From the sequence record PZ445514.1: 64,000 nt of DNA. One strand, written 5' to 3'. Under the pieces are notes generated by a model. It saw only the letters and a list, made by a program, of their open reading frames with translations. It ran no database searches and had not been told where the DNA came from. Below, piece by piece: positions 16,794-26,036 of the stretch; the first letter of the stretch is position 1, and each line of letters starts with the position of its first letter. The position numbers and the translations under genes are program-made. Origin of the DNA: a phage.

Positions 16794-17547
16794 TAATTCT
16801 GCTCCTTACTACAGGCTCGTTTGCCAGGAATACGGCTTTTGCCCAGCCACGTGGTGTGAGGCTTCGAATCATCTTCGTTCTTGCACTCTTTCCACCCAGC
16901 TTGGCGTGTTGCATGGAATACCCGCTAACCACGTCAACTATTTGCGGGACAGGTTTTGTGGCTGGGATTATAAATCCATTACCTATCCAGCCGCAAGTTA
17001 TTTTTGGATAGGCATCACGTGGAGCTATAAATTCAGGAAACCATGGGTTTACATCATCTTCCGGTAAATACCCGCCATAATCCGAAGGGTGAAAACGGTA
17101 ATCAGGTTTGCGCCACAGTGTGGACATAACACCCACAGGATTCTCTACATGCCACGGGCAATCGTAAATCTCTCCCAGCTCTTCCGCAACCCGAGCATCC
17201 TTTACAGCATTAATTTGGATCATGGGGTCCTTAGCCAGCTTTTTCTTAAAATGTGCAGCACCTGATACCGCTAAATGCGTGCACGGAGGAAATGCAAGAA
17301 TAAAATCTGGAGCCGGATACATGCAAAAAGTTTCCTGAGGGAACCACGGGTCAATCCAATAGTCCACATAGTGAATGTTGGGATGATCGGTGATCACCTC
17401 TGCATAACTGCCGTGATCAGCGCCTTCTGCATTAAAGCACAGGCACAGGTACCCAGCTTTTGCCCAGTCAATGACTGCACCACCAGACCCGTCAAATAGA
17501 CTCCACACAACACCTTTGTGGTAGTGTTCTTTGTAGATAAATTTCAA
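16783..17547 (-). CDS. putative DNA C5-cytosine methyltransferase-like protein
   Basis: Motif I FDGSGG, motif IV FPPC, motif VI-like VENP; short, no obvious target-recognition domain; start set to TTG after AGGAGA. Confidence 0.55.
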   Translation of the reverse strand: MKFIYKEHYHKGVVWSLFDGSGGAVIDWAKAGYLCLCFNAEGADHGSYAEVITDHPNIHYVDYWIDPWFPQETFCMYPAPDFILAFPPCTHLAVSGAAHFKKKLAKDPMIQINAVKDARVAEELGEIYDCPWHVENPVGVMSTLWRKPDYRFHPSDYGGYLPEDDVNPWFPEFIAPRDAYPKITCGWIGNGFIIPATKPVPQIVDVVSGYSMQHAKLGGKSARTKMIRSLTPRGWAKAVFLANEPVVRSRINGK

Positions 17548-17563
17548 TTTGCTGTCTCCTAAT

Positions 17564-17592
17564 GCAAAAAGCCCCACCCTTTCGGGCAGGGC
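17564..17592 (-). terminator. rho-independent terminator
   Basis: Near-identical copy of the 7384-7413 hairpin followed by TTTTT on the minus strand; downstream of gene ending at 17599. Confidence 0.6.
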
Positions 17593-17598
17593 CTAGTG

Positions 17599-18081
17599 TT
17601 AAACCCGGATACCTATTGTATACTCGGTGGATACCAATGTCAAATCTAAATTTAAAATTTCTTGCATCTCATAATATGCGTCCAGGGTTAGATACATTTC
17701 CCCATCCTTTTCTGCATACTTGTCCAAGTGCTTAAGGCATTTCGGATAACTATCGAGTGCAGCTTTCAGACACTCAAATTCTGTGCTGTTAATGAATCCT
17801 TCCATCTTAGCTACCCGTTCTGGAGTAACGATAGCACTGTAGTGAGATTTAGCTTCCTGAATGCAATGGGTCCAAGCATCAACTTTCTCTTCGAAAAGCC
17901 CGAAGAACTTCTTTTTGGTGAGCTTCAGATTCTTTAAGTGCTTAAGCACTCGGTTGCCGATCACAGCCACATCACGAAACTTAAGGATCACTTTGTCGAT
18001 ATCCTCGCGGCCTATTTTCACAAAGCAAGCCTCGCACATTTCAGGAGTGGCATAGCCTACTTTCCACATAAAATCTGACAT
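17599..18081 (-). CDS. hypothetical protein
   Basis: 160-aa ORF with AAGGAGAG upstream. Confidence 0.6.
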   Translation of the reverse strand: MSDFMWKVGYATPEMCEACFVKIGREDIDKVILKFRDVAVIGNRVLKHLKNLKLTKKKFFGLFEEKVDAWTHCIQEAKSHYSAIVTPERVAKMEGFINSTEFECLKAALDSYPKCLKHLDKYAEKDGEMYLTLDAYYEMQEILNLDLTLVSTEYTIGIRV

Positions 18082-18093
18082 AACACCCTCTCC

Positions 18094-18489
18094 TTATTCC
18101 TGAAAAGCAACGATATCATATGAACTTGCAGATGATCCTGGTGAAGAATGACTCCAGTCTAGGTCATCAGAGTAGTCAGCGTACTGTGCACCACTACGTA
18201 GTTTGTATTTTACCCACTTACCTGGTGCAGGGTTTTCACCACCTTCCCATACTTCCCAGCCTTCTGGCAGGCCGTCCTGGGGGTAGTCATCCACCTCACT
18301 AATAATCTTAGGGTTTGGCACCAAGATCCCTGCAGGCTCTTCCTTCCTGATAAGTGTCCACACAGTGTAGGTGTCTGAGCAGGCGCATGATAGCAAAGTA
18401 TATCCACTATTCAGAACTTCTGCAAGCTCTTTCTCAGCATCTTCCAACTTGGTTAAGTGGTATTGGACAATCTTCACATCTGTAATCAT
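18094..18489 (-). CDS. hypothetical protein
   Basis: 131-aa ORF with GGAGG upstream; ATGA overlap with upstream gene. Confidence 0.55.
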   Translation of the reverse strand: MITDVKIVQYHLTKLEDAEKELAEVLNSGYTLLSCACSDTYTVWTLIRKEEPAGILVPNPKIISEVDDYPQDGLPEGWEVWEGGENPAPGKWVKYKLRSGAQYADYSDDLDWSHSSPGSSASSYDIVAFQE

Positions 18490-18794
18490 CAGAAACCTCC
18501 CACTTCTTCGGCAAATGCAGCTGCTGTCGTCGCTGCATCAAGATAGGACTCTAGTTCACGGGCTGCACGTTTGTAAATTGAGTGGCGCATATCGTTTGGC
18601 AGTTTGTGGAAGTCCACCTCTTCACCGTTGTGGTAAACATGCACATCAGTGATCTGTCTAAATCCATAATAGTCAACATCAGAATCACGACACTCTGGGT
18701 CTGGCAACTGGACAACTGCCTGAGCTTCCACAGTGAACATATCGTCAAGTTCAAAATCGATTTCAAAAGTGTATGGTTTATAACGTTTCATCAT
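18489..18794 (-). CDS. hypothetical protein
   Basis: Start set to ATG at 18794 just past the methyltransferase stop. Confidence 0.5.
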   Translation of the reverse strand: MMKRYKPYTFEIDFELDDMFTVEAQAVVQLPDPECRDSDVDYYGFRQITDVHVYHNGEEVDFHKLPNDMRHSIYKRAARELESYLDAATTAAAFAEEVGGF

Positions 18795-18807
18795 TTGATT
18801 GTACTCT

Positions 18808-20133
18808 TTATTGATCAGACTTATCTTTCGCAACTAAGGCCGGGGCAAGTTTGTAATAACGGAAGCCACCACCACCTTGCCAGTTTACAGACTTAGAAAT
18901 ACCCCCTTGATCTTCGCCATCGATCACTTTTTCCAAGCGCGGAATAATATGGGTATGACAATGATCACCTAGCTCGATTGAGATCCAGCGTCTTTTCATC
19001 TTATGAGCTACAGCAGCAGTAGTTCCCGAACCACCGAATGAATCCAATACCAAATCGCCTTCTCGCGTGCACATTTCGAAAATCCGCTTCAAAAGCGCTT
19101 CTGGTTTTTTCCCATTTTTGAAACTAACGCCGCCTTCATTTGCTATTCCATTCCAACTAATGTCTGTCCAAACATCAGTTATTAGTTCCGCAGGTTGCAT
19201 CTCACCGTCAATTTCCAAAAGCCTATTGGAGTAAAAGACCATTTGCCTACCATTTGCGATATAAAATCCTTCAACATCCTCATTTGGATGTACATAAACC
19301 TTATCCCTATCTTTCTTTGACTTCTCGATAGTTTCTTTTCTCTTTATTTTAGCACCACCACCAATTGCAACAGATTGAAATACACGTTCTGCATTATCAA
19401 TTGCGAATTGTGCTAATTCATCATCGAATGTATCAGGCAGTTTTTTCTTGGCTTCTTTTGCATCTTTATAGCCATTGGCCTTTGCAAACGCATCGGCAAT
19501 ACCGCACCACGTCCAATTTTTATAATGGTCATCCGGGTTTAATAGGTATTTGTTATATCCTGTATCATACCCTTTAGGTATATAGATTTTGTTAAGCGGT
19601 TTCTGGGTGCGATCTTTTGCATATACAAGCAAAAAGTTTGCTGTGGAGAAAACTGTGGCTCCTGTTGCCTTAAATCCCGAAGGGGAATTTGTGGTCATCG
19701 ATATAGTATTTAACTGATTTGCACGACCAAAAATCTCGTCCATCAAAACTTTTAAATACGCCATTTCGCAATCATCTAAGTGAACGAATATTACCCCATC
19801 ATCACTTAGAAGATTACGAATTATTTCTAACCTATCCCTCATTAAGCCCAGCCAAATGGAATGCTCCAGGCTATCATCGTAATGCTCAAAAGCCCTCCCG
19901 GTATTGAATGGTGGGTCTATGTAAACACACTTCACTTTGCCTGCATACTCTTGCTCTAGCGCCTTCAATGCTAATAAGTTATCTCCAAAAATCAGTTTAT
20001 TATCAAAAATATCGTTTTCGGTCACTTTCTGGCTGTGGTAAGATTTGCTAGAATCTTCTAACAAAATGTGTGGCTCTAACTTTTTGCGCTCGTTTTTACC
20101 TATCCAGGTAAGTTCTAATTTGGTTTTGCTCAT
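18808..20133 (-). CDS. DNA methyltransferase, beta-class amino-methyltransferase (N6-adenine or N4-cytosine)
   Basis: 441 aa; DPPF motif near N-terminus and FGGSGTT AdoMet motif near C-terminus; AAGGAGAG upstream. Confidence 0.8.
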   Translation of the reverse strand: MSKTKLELTWIGKNERKKLEPHILLEDSSKSYHSQKVTENDIFDNKLIFGDNLLALKALEQEYAGKVKCVYIDPPFNTGRAFEHYDDSLEHSIWLGLMRDRLEIIRNLLSDDGVIFVHLDDCEMAYLKVLMDEIFGRANQLNTISMTTNSPSGFKATGATVFSTANFLLVYAKDRTQKPLNKIYIPKGYDTGYNKYLLNPDDHYKNWTWCGIADAFAKANGYKDAKEAKKKLPDTFDDELAQFAIDNAERVFQSVAIGGGAKIKRKETIEKSKKDRDKVYVHPNEDVEGFYIANGRQMVFYSNRLLEIDGEMQPAELITDVWTDISWNGIANEGGVSFKNGKKPEALLKRIFEMCTREGDLVLDSFGGSGTTAAVAHKMKRRWISIELGDHCHTHIIPRLEKVIDGEDQGGISKSVNWQGGGGFRYYKLAPALVAKDKSDQ

Positions 20134-20194
20134 CGTTTGGTGCTCTCCTTAGTTTTTTGTGGGGAGGAGGCCTCCCCTTTATACTCACATCTTA

Positions 20195-20536
20195 CTACTC
20201 AAGGTCTTCAGAGTCAAGCTCAAAAAGAATCAAACTGTGCATGCCTGCAGATAGATTAACACACCCTGCAACAATAAGGGTCTGATAGTAAGGTTCAGCA
20301 CCCTCAATGTCTTCGTTAAAATCCACAACAAGGTAGTCACCTTTGTTAAAGGTGTATTTGTCCGATGTAAACGCAAAACCTGCCCAGTCCCCTACTGCAG
20401 GGTCTTTATCAGTCACCTTTGTTAACAGTAGATCTTTTTCACGGGATCTTTTAGTAAAATCGTGAATCACAACATCCTTCTCTTCAGGAGTTGGATTGCC
20501 ACACACGTAGTTAACTATATTTCTCCACAAACTCAT
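20195..20536 (-). CDS. hypothetical protein
   Basis: 113-aa ORF; ATGA overlap with helicase gene. Confidence 0.55.
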   Translation of the reverse strand: MSLWRNIVNYVCGNPTPEEKDVVIHDFTKRSREKDLLLTKVTDKDPAVGDWAGFAFTSDKYTFNKGDYLVVDFNEDIEGAEPYYQTLIVAGCVNLSAGMHSLILFELDSEDLE

Positions 20537-21903
20537 ACGTCCCCCTCTTCGGCTCTGGTTTCAAAATCTTTCCTGACAATTTTGTCTAAGTCAGGGAATG
20601 TTGTATTGTAAAACTCTACGACTCGCGGGTCAACAATAATGTCAACTTCTCTTAGTGGACGCAACAAGTTTATTCCTTGTATTGTCTTAACCCGACTCAA
20701 AGCAACATACGTCATCCCAGGAGAGAAAGCTCCGTTCTTTCCAAGGTCCAGGTTGTAACAATCTAGCGTAAGTCCTTGACTTTTATGAGATGTTACGGCA
20801 TACCCAGATTTCAGAGGAAGTTGCCTGTATGACCCAATCACTACCCTCTCTATAAACTTCTCCATCTTCCTTTCTGCAATGTTGTATCTCTGAGATGGCT
20901 TATACTCGTTATTTTCCCACAACCTCTGCTCTATGTCAACCTGTGTTCCATCTTCAAGCTCTACCACCACCGCCTTGTTCTTAAATTTAACAATTGTGGC
21001 ACGTGTTCCGTTAACATAATAAGGTACTTTGTGCGTCGGGTCAACATCGTTGGCGGTTATCATAACTTTCATGCCAATTTTCAACTTCATCTCCTGCTCA
21101 ACTGGCAGGGTGGAGGGAAACTTACCCTTCATTTCACCAGTGTATACCTTCTCTGGGGCGTTGATGGCATCATAGAACCTTCTGTTCACTTCCTCTGCTT
21201 GTTTGTTGGTGGCGCAAATTGTGAGAGCGTCTGTTGGTACACCGCCTTTGTAACAGCGAGCATTAAGTTCTGCTACAACCTCTTTTATGCGACGACCCTC
21301 ACGAACACAGTTGAGCATTGTGGCAAATCGAATAGACTCCTGTCGGAACTGGTCTATTAGGGCTATGTTGTGAAGGTCCAGCTCTTTCCAAGATTCGGTA
21401 TAGCAACATAGGTCTGTGTGGTAGAAGTTGAAGTAGGCCTCCTTCTCCATAGAAGAGACAACAGGAGGTGCCTGGTAAAAATCGCCAAACAATATGACCT
21501 GTATGCCTCCGAAAGGTTTGTCATTTTTTCGAAGGAAGCGGAGTTTCCTATCCATCTCTATAAACTTATCAGCACGGATCATAGAGATTTCATCGATAAT
21601 TAGGATGGTAAATGCCTTGCTTTTCAAAGGCTTTGCTGTTTTTGCCCTTATTGCAGTCCAGTCAGACTCCATGCTCACACCTGCTGCAAGATCGAAGGTT
21701 CGGTGTGCTGTTGCTCCATTAACGTTTAAAGCGGCTACCCCTGTCGGGGCAACCGTTATGCAAGAGTCTCCATACATTGACTGGATCATGTTGATGAGGT
21801 ACGTCTTCCCACAACCTGCGGGTCCTGAAACGAAGACATTCTCCCCACTCATGATTGCAACAAGGGCAGCATCTGTGCCTACATCATACTGCCCTTTTTC
21901 CAT
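20533..21903 (-). CDS. SF1 DNA helicase, Dda/RecD-like
   Basis: 456 aa; Walker A GPAGCGKT; C-terminal TSHKSQG and ALSRVK motifs typical of RecD/Dda helicases. Confidence 0.85.
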   Translation of the reverse strand: MEKGQYDVGTDAALVAIMSGENVFVSGPAGCGKTYLINMIQSMYGDSCITVAPTGVAALNVNGATAHRTFDLAAGVSMESDWTAIRAKTAKPLKSKAFTILIIDEISMIRADKFIEMDRKLRFLRKNDKPFGGIQVILFGDFYQAPPVVSSMEKEAYFNFYHTDLCCYTESWKELDLHNIALIDQFRQESIRFATMLNCVREGRRIKEVVAELNARCYKGGVPTDALTICATNKQAEEVNRRFYDAINAPEKVYTGEMKGKFPSTLPVEQEMKLKIGMKVMITANDVDPTHKVPYYVNGTRATIVKFKNKAVVVELEDGTQVDIEQRLWENNEYKPSQRYNIAERKMEKFIERVVIGSYRQLPLKSGYAVTSHKSQGLTLDCYNLDLGKNGAFSPGMTYVALSRVKTIQGINLLRPLREVDIIVDPRVVEFYNTTFPDLDKIVRKDFETRAEEGDV

Positions 21904-23108
21904 TACGCCTCCTCGTAAAGAATGTCGATAGTGTTACCGTCTCGGTCAACCACGTATTCAATCGGGTCTCCGTCCTTGCGTGCTTCCGGAGCTACCACAA
22001 TCTCATAGCGGCATGCACGGCACTTAGCGCTATTGTGTTGGTATGGCACACTAACCACATCTGCAGGGTCAACCATGACAGTCATTACAGTGCCGTAGCT
22101 CTTTGCATACTCCTTGCTGGCGCAGTGTAAGCCATAGGAGCACGCAGCTTCAGGATCATCCTCTACAAAGTTACGAGGCATGGATACAAAAGCACCCTGG
22201 TATTGTGGAACTTTACCACTGTGCCAATCCACCCACTTGCTGCCGTTAAACTGAACCCCTTTGTAGCAAATGATTCGACCATCTTCTGCAATCTGGATAT
22301 CGTTGGCCTGCATAAAATCGTAGAGCATGTTTACAGATTTTGCAGAAGGATTGCGTAGCAGGCGAACGAGGAATTTCACATAGCGGTCATCCAGTGTTCC
22401 GTCTGCATAGTCTTTCTCAATTTTCTTTGCAATGGTGGATCGCATCTCTACACCGTAGTAGTAGAGCTTACCATCTTTCATGATCAGGTTGTCTGCAAGT
22501 GTGGTGAACTCATTCTTGCGTTCCAGCCAGACAAGGATTTCACCAATTGCCTCATCATATTCCTGAACAGAGATATGGTCGAAGACTTTCTGGTAAACTT
22601 CCTCACTTTCGCTGCGGCGAATTTCAAAAATGCCTTCGTTGCAGGTGATCTGGAGGAGTTCCCCACAAATAACTACTAAAGGCTCGATGCTTCGAGTCTG
22701 TTGCTGAGACACACTGCTCACCACCTCCAGCACCGGGTCTTTGACTTCTACTAAAGGTTCTTCTGACTTGATTGCCACCCCAGTGAACCCCACACCGTGA
22801 ACAACACACAGTGGGTATACCACGCCCCAACGTTTAACGGAACCTTCGCCTAAGTCTAAGATCATGGCGTACTTACCATTATCTTCCAGCCCATATCGAA
22901 ATAGACGGGCCTCTTCACGGGTTTCAAAATCCTCACGGGTGTAGCAGACGCTGTCACGGTCAGGATCGAACAACTCTGGGGCACCAACTGCCAGTGTCCA
23001 GGTTGTGTCGCCTTTCTCAATGGCACATGTGAAACCCTTCTTCTCAAGTTCTGCACGGCGGTCGCGTGCTTCTTTACGAGTTTTGAAGTGTTCGTAGATG
23101 AAAATCAT
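21903..23108 (-). CDS. hypothetical protein, possible rIIB-like partner of GHKL ATPase
   Basis: Start set to ATG at 23108 after AAGGAGA; rIIB assignment is positional inference only. Confidence 0.55.
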   Translation of the reverse strand: MIFIYEHFKTRKEARDRRAELEKKGFTCAIEKGDTTWTLAVGAPELFDPDRDSVCYTREDFETREEARLFRYGLEDNGKYAMILDLGEGSVKRWGVVYPLCVVHGVGFTGVAIKSEEPLVEVKDPVLEVVSSVSQQQTRSIEPLVVICGELLQITCNEGIFEIRRSESEEVYQKVFDHISVQEYDEAIGEILVWLERKNEFTTLADNLIMKDGKLYYYGVEMRSTIAKKIEKDYADGTLDDRYVKFLVRLLRNPSAKSVNMLYDFMQANDIQIAEDGRIICYKGVQFNGSKWVDWHSGKVPQYQGAFVSMPRNFVEDDPEAACSYGLHCASKEYAKSYGTVMTVMVDPADVVSVPYQHNSAKCRACRYEIVVAPEARKDGDPIEYVVDRDGNTIDILYEEA

Positions 23109-23118
23109 AACTGTCTCC

Positions 23119-25101
23119 TTATTTGGTGTTATTCTTTGTATCAATCAGCTCACGGTATTCAATCATAGCAGGGGTGTCCCAATATTTCAAGCCTACATGC
23201 TTCAAAAGTGGGTATTTCTTTTCCAATCTCGCAATATAGGCCTTCCCGCATTTAACTCGGTTGGCGATTAAGATTTTGGCACGATGATTTAGCTCACTGT
23301 GCTTCCACGTGGTGTTACCTTCCCACTTGTGGAAATGTGGCCGATAATTTCCAAAATCTTGCATGGGAATAATTTTCCCTAATTGTCTATACAGGCTGTC
23401 ATAAGAAGTCTCATTTGCTGCACGGGTCAGTAAGAATTTCCAAGCATCCTCTTTCAACAGGTGCTCCACATTCTTCTCTGTAACATACTGGCAATCAGGA
23501 TCAGTCCAAAGCAGACGAGATTCAGATACCAGATACAGATCTTCACCTTCAGGAATCTGAAGTGCCGCACGTACACGGTCATAATCTTGCTGGTAGATGT
23601 TACTCATCTGCCCCAGCCAACAACTTCCACGTTGGATATCACCCTCATAAGGGATGCAGTGTTTAATCTTCCGGAACTCTGCCTTAGTAATACGCTCACG
23701 GCGGAAGTAACCATCCTTCTCAAGTTTTTTAACCCAATAGCCTGGCTCATAACGAGTTTTTGTTTCACCTTTCTTGACAGGTCGGCGAGGGAGCTCTGAT
23801 AACAATTTGACCGTATCTGCAAAGAACGGGTGGTGTGCCGCCTCTTTAAACTCTTTCACCAGATCAGTGTTCCGGCAATAGAAAACGTTGCGTCCGGTGA
23901 TCTCGCTTAAGTAGTTACACTTATTTCGGTTATATTTGCCGTCTCCGTCGTTAAATACTAAATAAACTCCCCGTAAGAATTCTACCTTTCCGTAACAAGC
24001 GTAACCTATGCGGCCTTTATTTAAGCCGCCAGCGAAGATCTCACAGTCCCCCAAATTTCCTAGGCCTGTCTCTTCCCATCGTTCCCACATAAAATTCTTA
24101 CCGAAGATGTGCCCGAACACTCCACTGTTCTTCATCATCTCGCGTGCTTCTGAGGATGTTTTTGCTGTCTCCAATTCCGCAACAACTTCTGCCCCACGTA
24201 GACGGATACCCTCTTTGACAAAAGCCTCCAGACGCTCTTGGAATCCACCATCGTCGTGACCCTCTATAGTCCATTCACGCCCTGGGTTAATATTGCAATC
24301 CCCGATAGGGATCTCTACACAGATTGCAGGGTAGTCTGTTAATGTCTCCAAGAACTTAGAACGGTAAGGTTGGTGACCCATTACCACGCGACTCTCGTCA
24401 GAGCTGGTATAGCCCTTTAGGATGGTCATTTTCCAACCATCTTTCTCGTAGTGATACTGCGCCTCAACCTTGTCACCTTCCAGCATCTTACTGGTCATAG
24501 GGTCGGTAACGGTAAACGGAAACTTTGCATAGCGTAGGCATGATGCAATAGCAGTGCGATATTTCAGAACATGCTCTTTCTTAACATGGAACTGAACTTT
24601 TACCCCATTGTGCTCTTCGGTCTTCCGCTCGCGGATCTTGGTAACGTTTGGGATACCTTGATCCAAGAACAATAGATATGTGCTTTCAACACCATTGTGC
24701 ACACTGATCACATCGAAAGTGTCCACCATGCTGAACGGAGCCTTCGAACCAACACCTTTATTACCTACCAGAGCGTTGCTGTTGCGCTTGGTTGACTCCC
24801 CGAGGTTCATGAAAGTGTTGCGGACCATCTCTTCTGACATGCCTAACCCAACGTCCTGCACAAAGAAGTACGGTTCAAGATCTGTAGGAGAGTGAATGAT
24901 GATCGGCACATCACCCCGTCCAGACTCAACATGGGAGTCCACAGCATTAAAGATTGGTTCACGGCAGCTTGCCAACACCTTATCTTCGTAAATCCCTTTA
25001 ATGATTAGCCCAAAAGTCTCTTTGTTCAGAGAAATTGAGCCCCTGGTGACCTCCATATTTCCAGTTAGCACCGCTTTAGTTTCATTACTGTTTACAATCA
25101 T
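23119..25101 (-). CDS. GHKL/Bergerat-fold ATPase domain protein, rIIA-like
   Basis: 660 aa; N-terminal DVGLGM and GNKGVGSKA match G1/G2 boxes of HATPase_c; AAGGAG upstream. Confidence 0.55.
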   Translation of the reverse strand: MIVNSNETKAVLTGNMEVTRGSISLNKETFGLIIKGIYEDKVLASCREPIFNAVDSHVESGRGDVPIIIHSPTDLEPYFFVQDVGLGMSEEMVRNTFMNLGESTKRNSNALVGNKGVGSKAPFSMVDTFDVISVHNGVESTYLLFLDQGIPNVTKIRERKTEEHNGVKVQFHVKKEHVLKYRTAIASCLRYAKFPFTVTDPMTSKMLEGDKVEAQYHYEKDGWKMTILKGYTSSDESRVVMGHQPYRSKFLETLTDYPAICVEIPIGDCNINPGREWTIEGHDDGGFQERLEAFVKEGIRLRGAEVVAELETAKTSSEAREMMKNSGVFGHIFGKNFMWERWEETGLGNLGDCEIFAGGLNKGRIGYACYGKVEFLRGVYLVFNDGDGKYNRNKCNYLSEITGRNVFYCRNTDLVKEFKEAAHHPFFADTVKLLSELPRRPVKKGETKTRYEPGYWVKKLEKDGYFRRERITKAEFRKIKHCIPYEGDIQRGSCWLGQMSNIYQQDYDRVRAALQIPEGEDLYLVSESRLLWTDPDCQYVTEKNVEHLLKEDAWKFLLTRAANETSYDSLYRQLGKIIPMQDFGNYRPHFHKWEGNTTWKHSELNHRAKILIANRVKCGKAYIARLEKKYPLLKHVGLKYWDTPAMIEYRELIDTKNNTK

Positions 25102-25598
25102 TTATTGCGCTCCTTGTAGTAGATATGACTCCCGAATTGAGCTGTCCTCTGCATCTTTTTTGCCCATTTCGGTCGTACTTTGGTTGTATGGTAGTGTGTT
25201 GCTCCACCTGTTATATCCATAGCCATGTATGCAACATGGTTGTTATTATAGACCTTTAGAAGCATCTTTGCAAGACTTTTAGCGTGATCCCATGAATCTT
25301 TTTCTGTCACCTTAAAAGTTTTGCCGTGGTTTGTCCACGAAAACTGGTTAGGTTGGTAGACAATCTTTCTTATAGTGTCTGGGTATTTGGGGTGAGATTT
25401 CCTGTTTAGTGTGGCAAACCCAGATGCCAGCATACCCATCGTGCCATCTCCTCTGGCCTCCCTGTAGATATTGCATGCCAGAATGTTTTCCTTAGTATCC
25501 GAGGGCTTGCAAGTATGATATACTTTTTGTTTTGGTGCTGCAACAACAGGCAGCGATAAAAATGCGCTCAAAATAATAGCAAAGATCTTAATTTTCAC
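25098..25598 (-). CDS. secreted cell-wall hydrolase, SleB-like
   Basis: 166 aa; GTG start after GGAG; signal peptide ending VVAAP; NIYREARG motif of SleB/Hydrolase_2 family. Confidence 0.65.
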   Translation of the reverse strand: MKIKIFAIILSAFLSLPVVAAPKQKVYHTCKPSDTKENILACNIYREARGDGTMGMLASGFATLNRKSHPKYPDTIRKIVYQPNQFSWTNHGKTFKVTEKDSWDHAKSLAKMLLKVYNNNHVAYMAMDITGGATHYHTTKVRPKWAKKMQRTAQFGSHIYYKERNK

Positions 25599-25611
25599 AA
25601 TAACTCCAAAT

Positions 25612-25635
25612 AGAAAATCCCCGCCGAAGCGGGGG
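25612..25635 (-). terminator. rho-independent terminator
   Basis: Minus strand CCCCCGC-TTCG-GCGGGG followed by ATTTTCTATTT; downstream of gene ending at 25647. Confidence 0.55.
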
Positions 25636-25646
25636 TGTCTTAGAAA

Positions 25647-26027
25647 TTAATCGTAGTGTGCCAAAATCTCTCCATCGTTGCAAGTTCCCTCTACAAAGTT
25701 ATGAAGATTCATGCACTCATCTTGATAGAAGAATTTACCGCTTTTCAGCCGTAGGCCAAACAACTCCGCATCTCCACGATGGCAAGCCTCTACAAGTTCA
25801 TAGATTTCATACGGCAACTCTCCGTCGTCATGGAAGAACCCAGCCTTATCGTTGACATAGATGAAGAAATAATCACTGCTGTCGCAAGCGTCTAGTATTT
25901 CAAACCAGATTTCATCTACATCTTTTTCTCGGATATCGATCACGCAAGTGGAGCTGCATTCGTACTCCTTCTCCGGCTCTTCGGTCAATACTACCAGGTA
26001 GTTTCCCCGCTTACCTACTTTAGCCAT
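25647..26027 (-). CDS. hypothetical acidic protein
   Basis: 126-aa ORF with GAGGAGG upstream. Confidence 0.55.
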   Translation of the reverse strand: MAKVGKRGNYLVVLTEEPEKEYECSSTCVIDIREKDVDEIWFEILDACDSSDYFFIYVNDKAGFFHDDGELPYEIYELVEACHRGDAELFGLRLKSGKFFYQDECMNLHNFVEGTCNDGEILAHYD

Positions 26028-26036
26028 ACAACCTCC

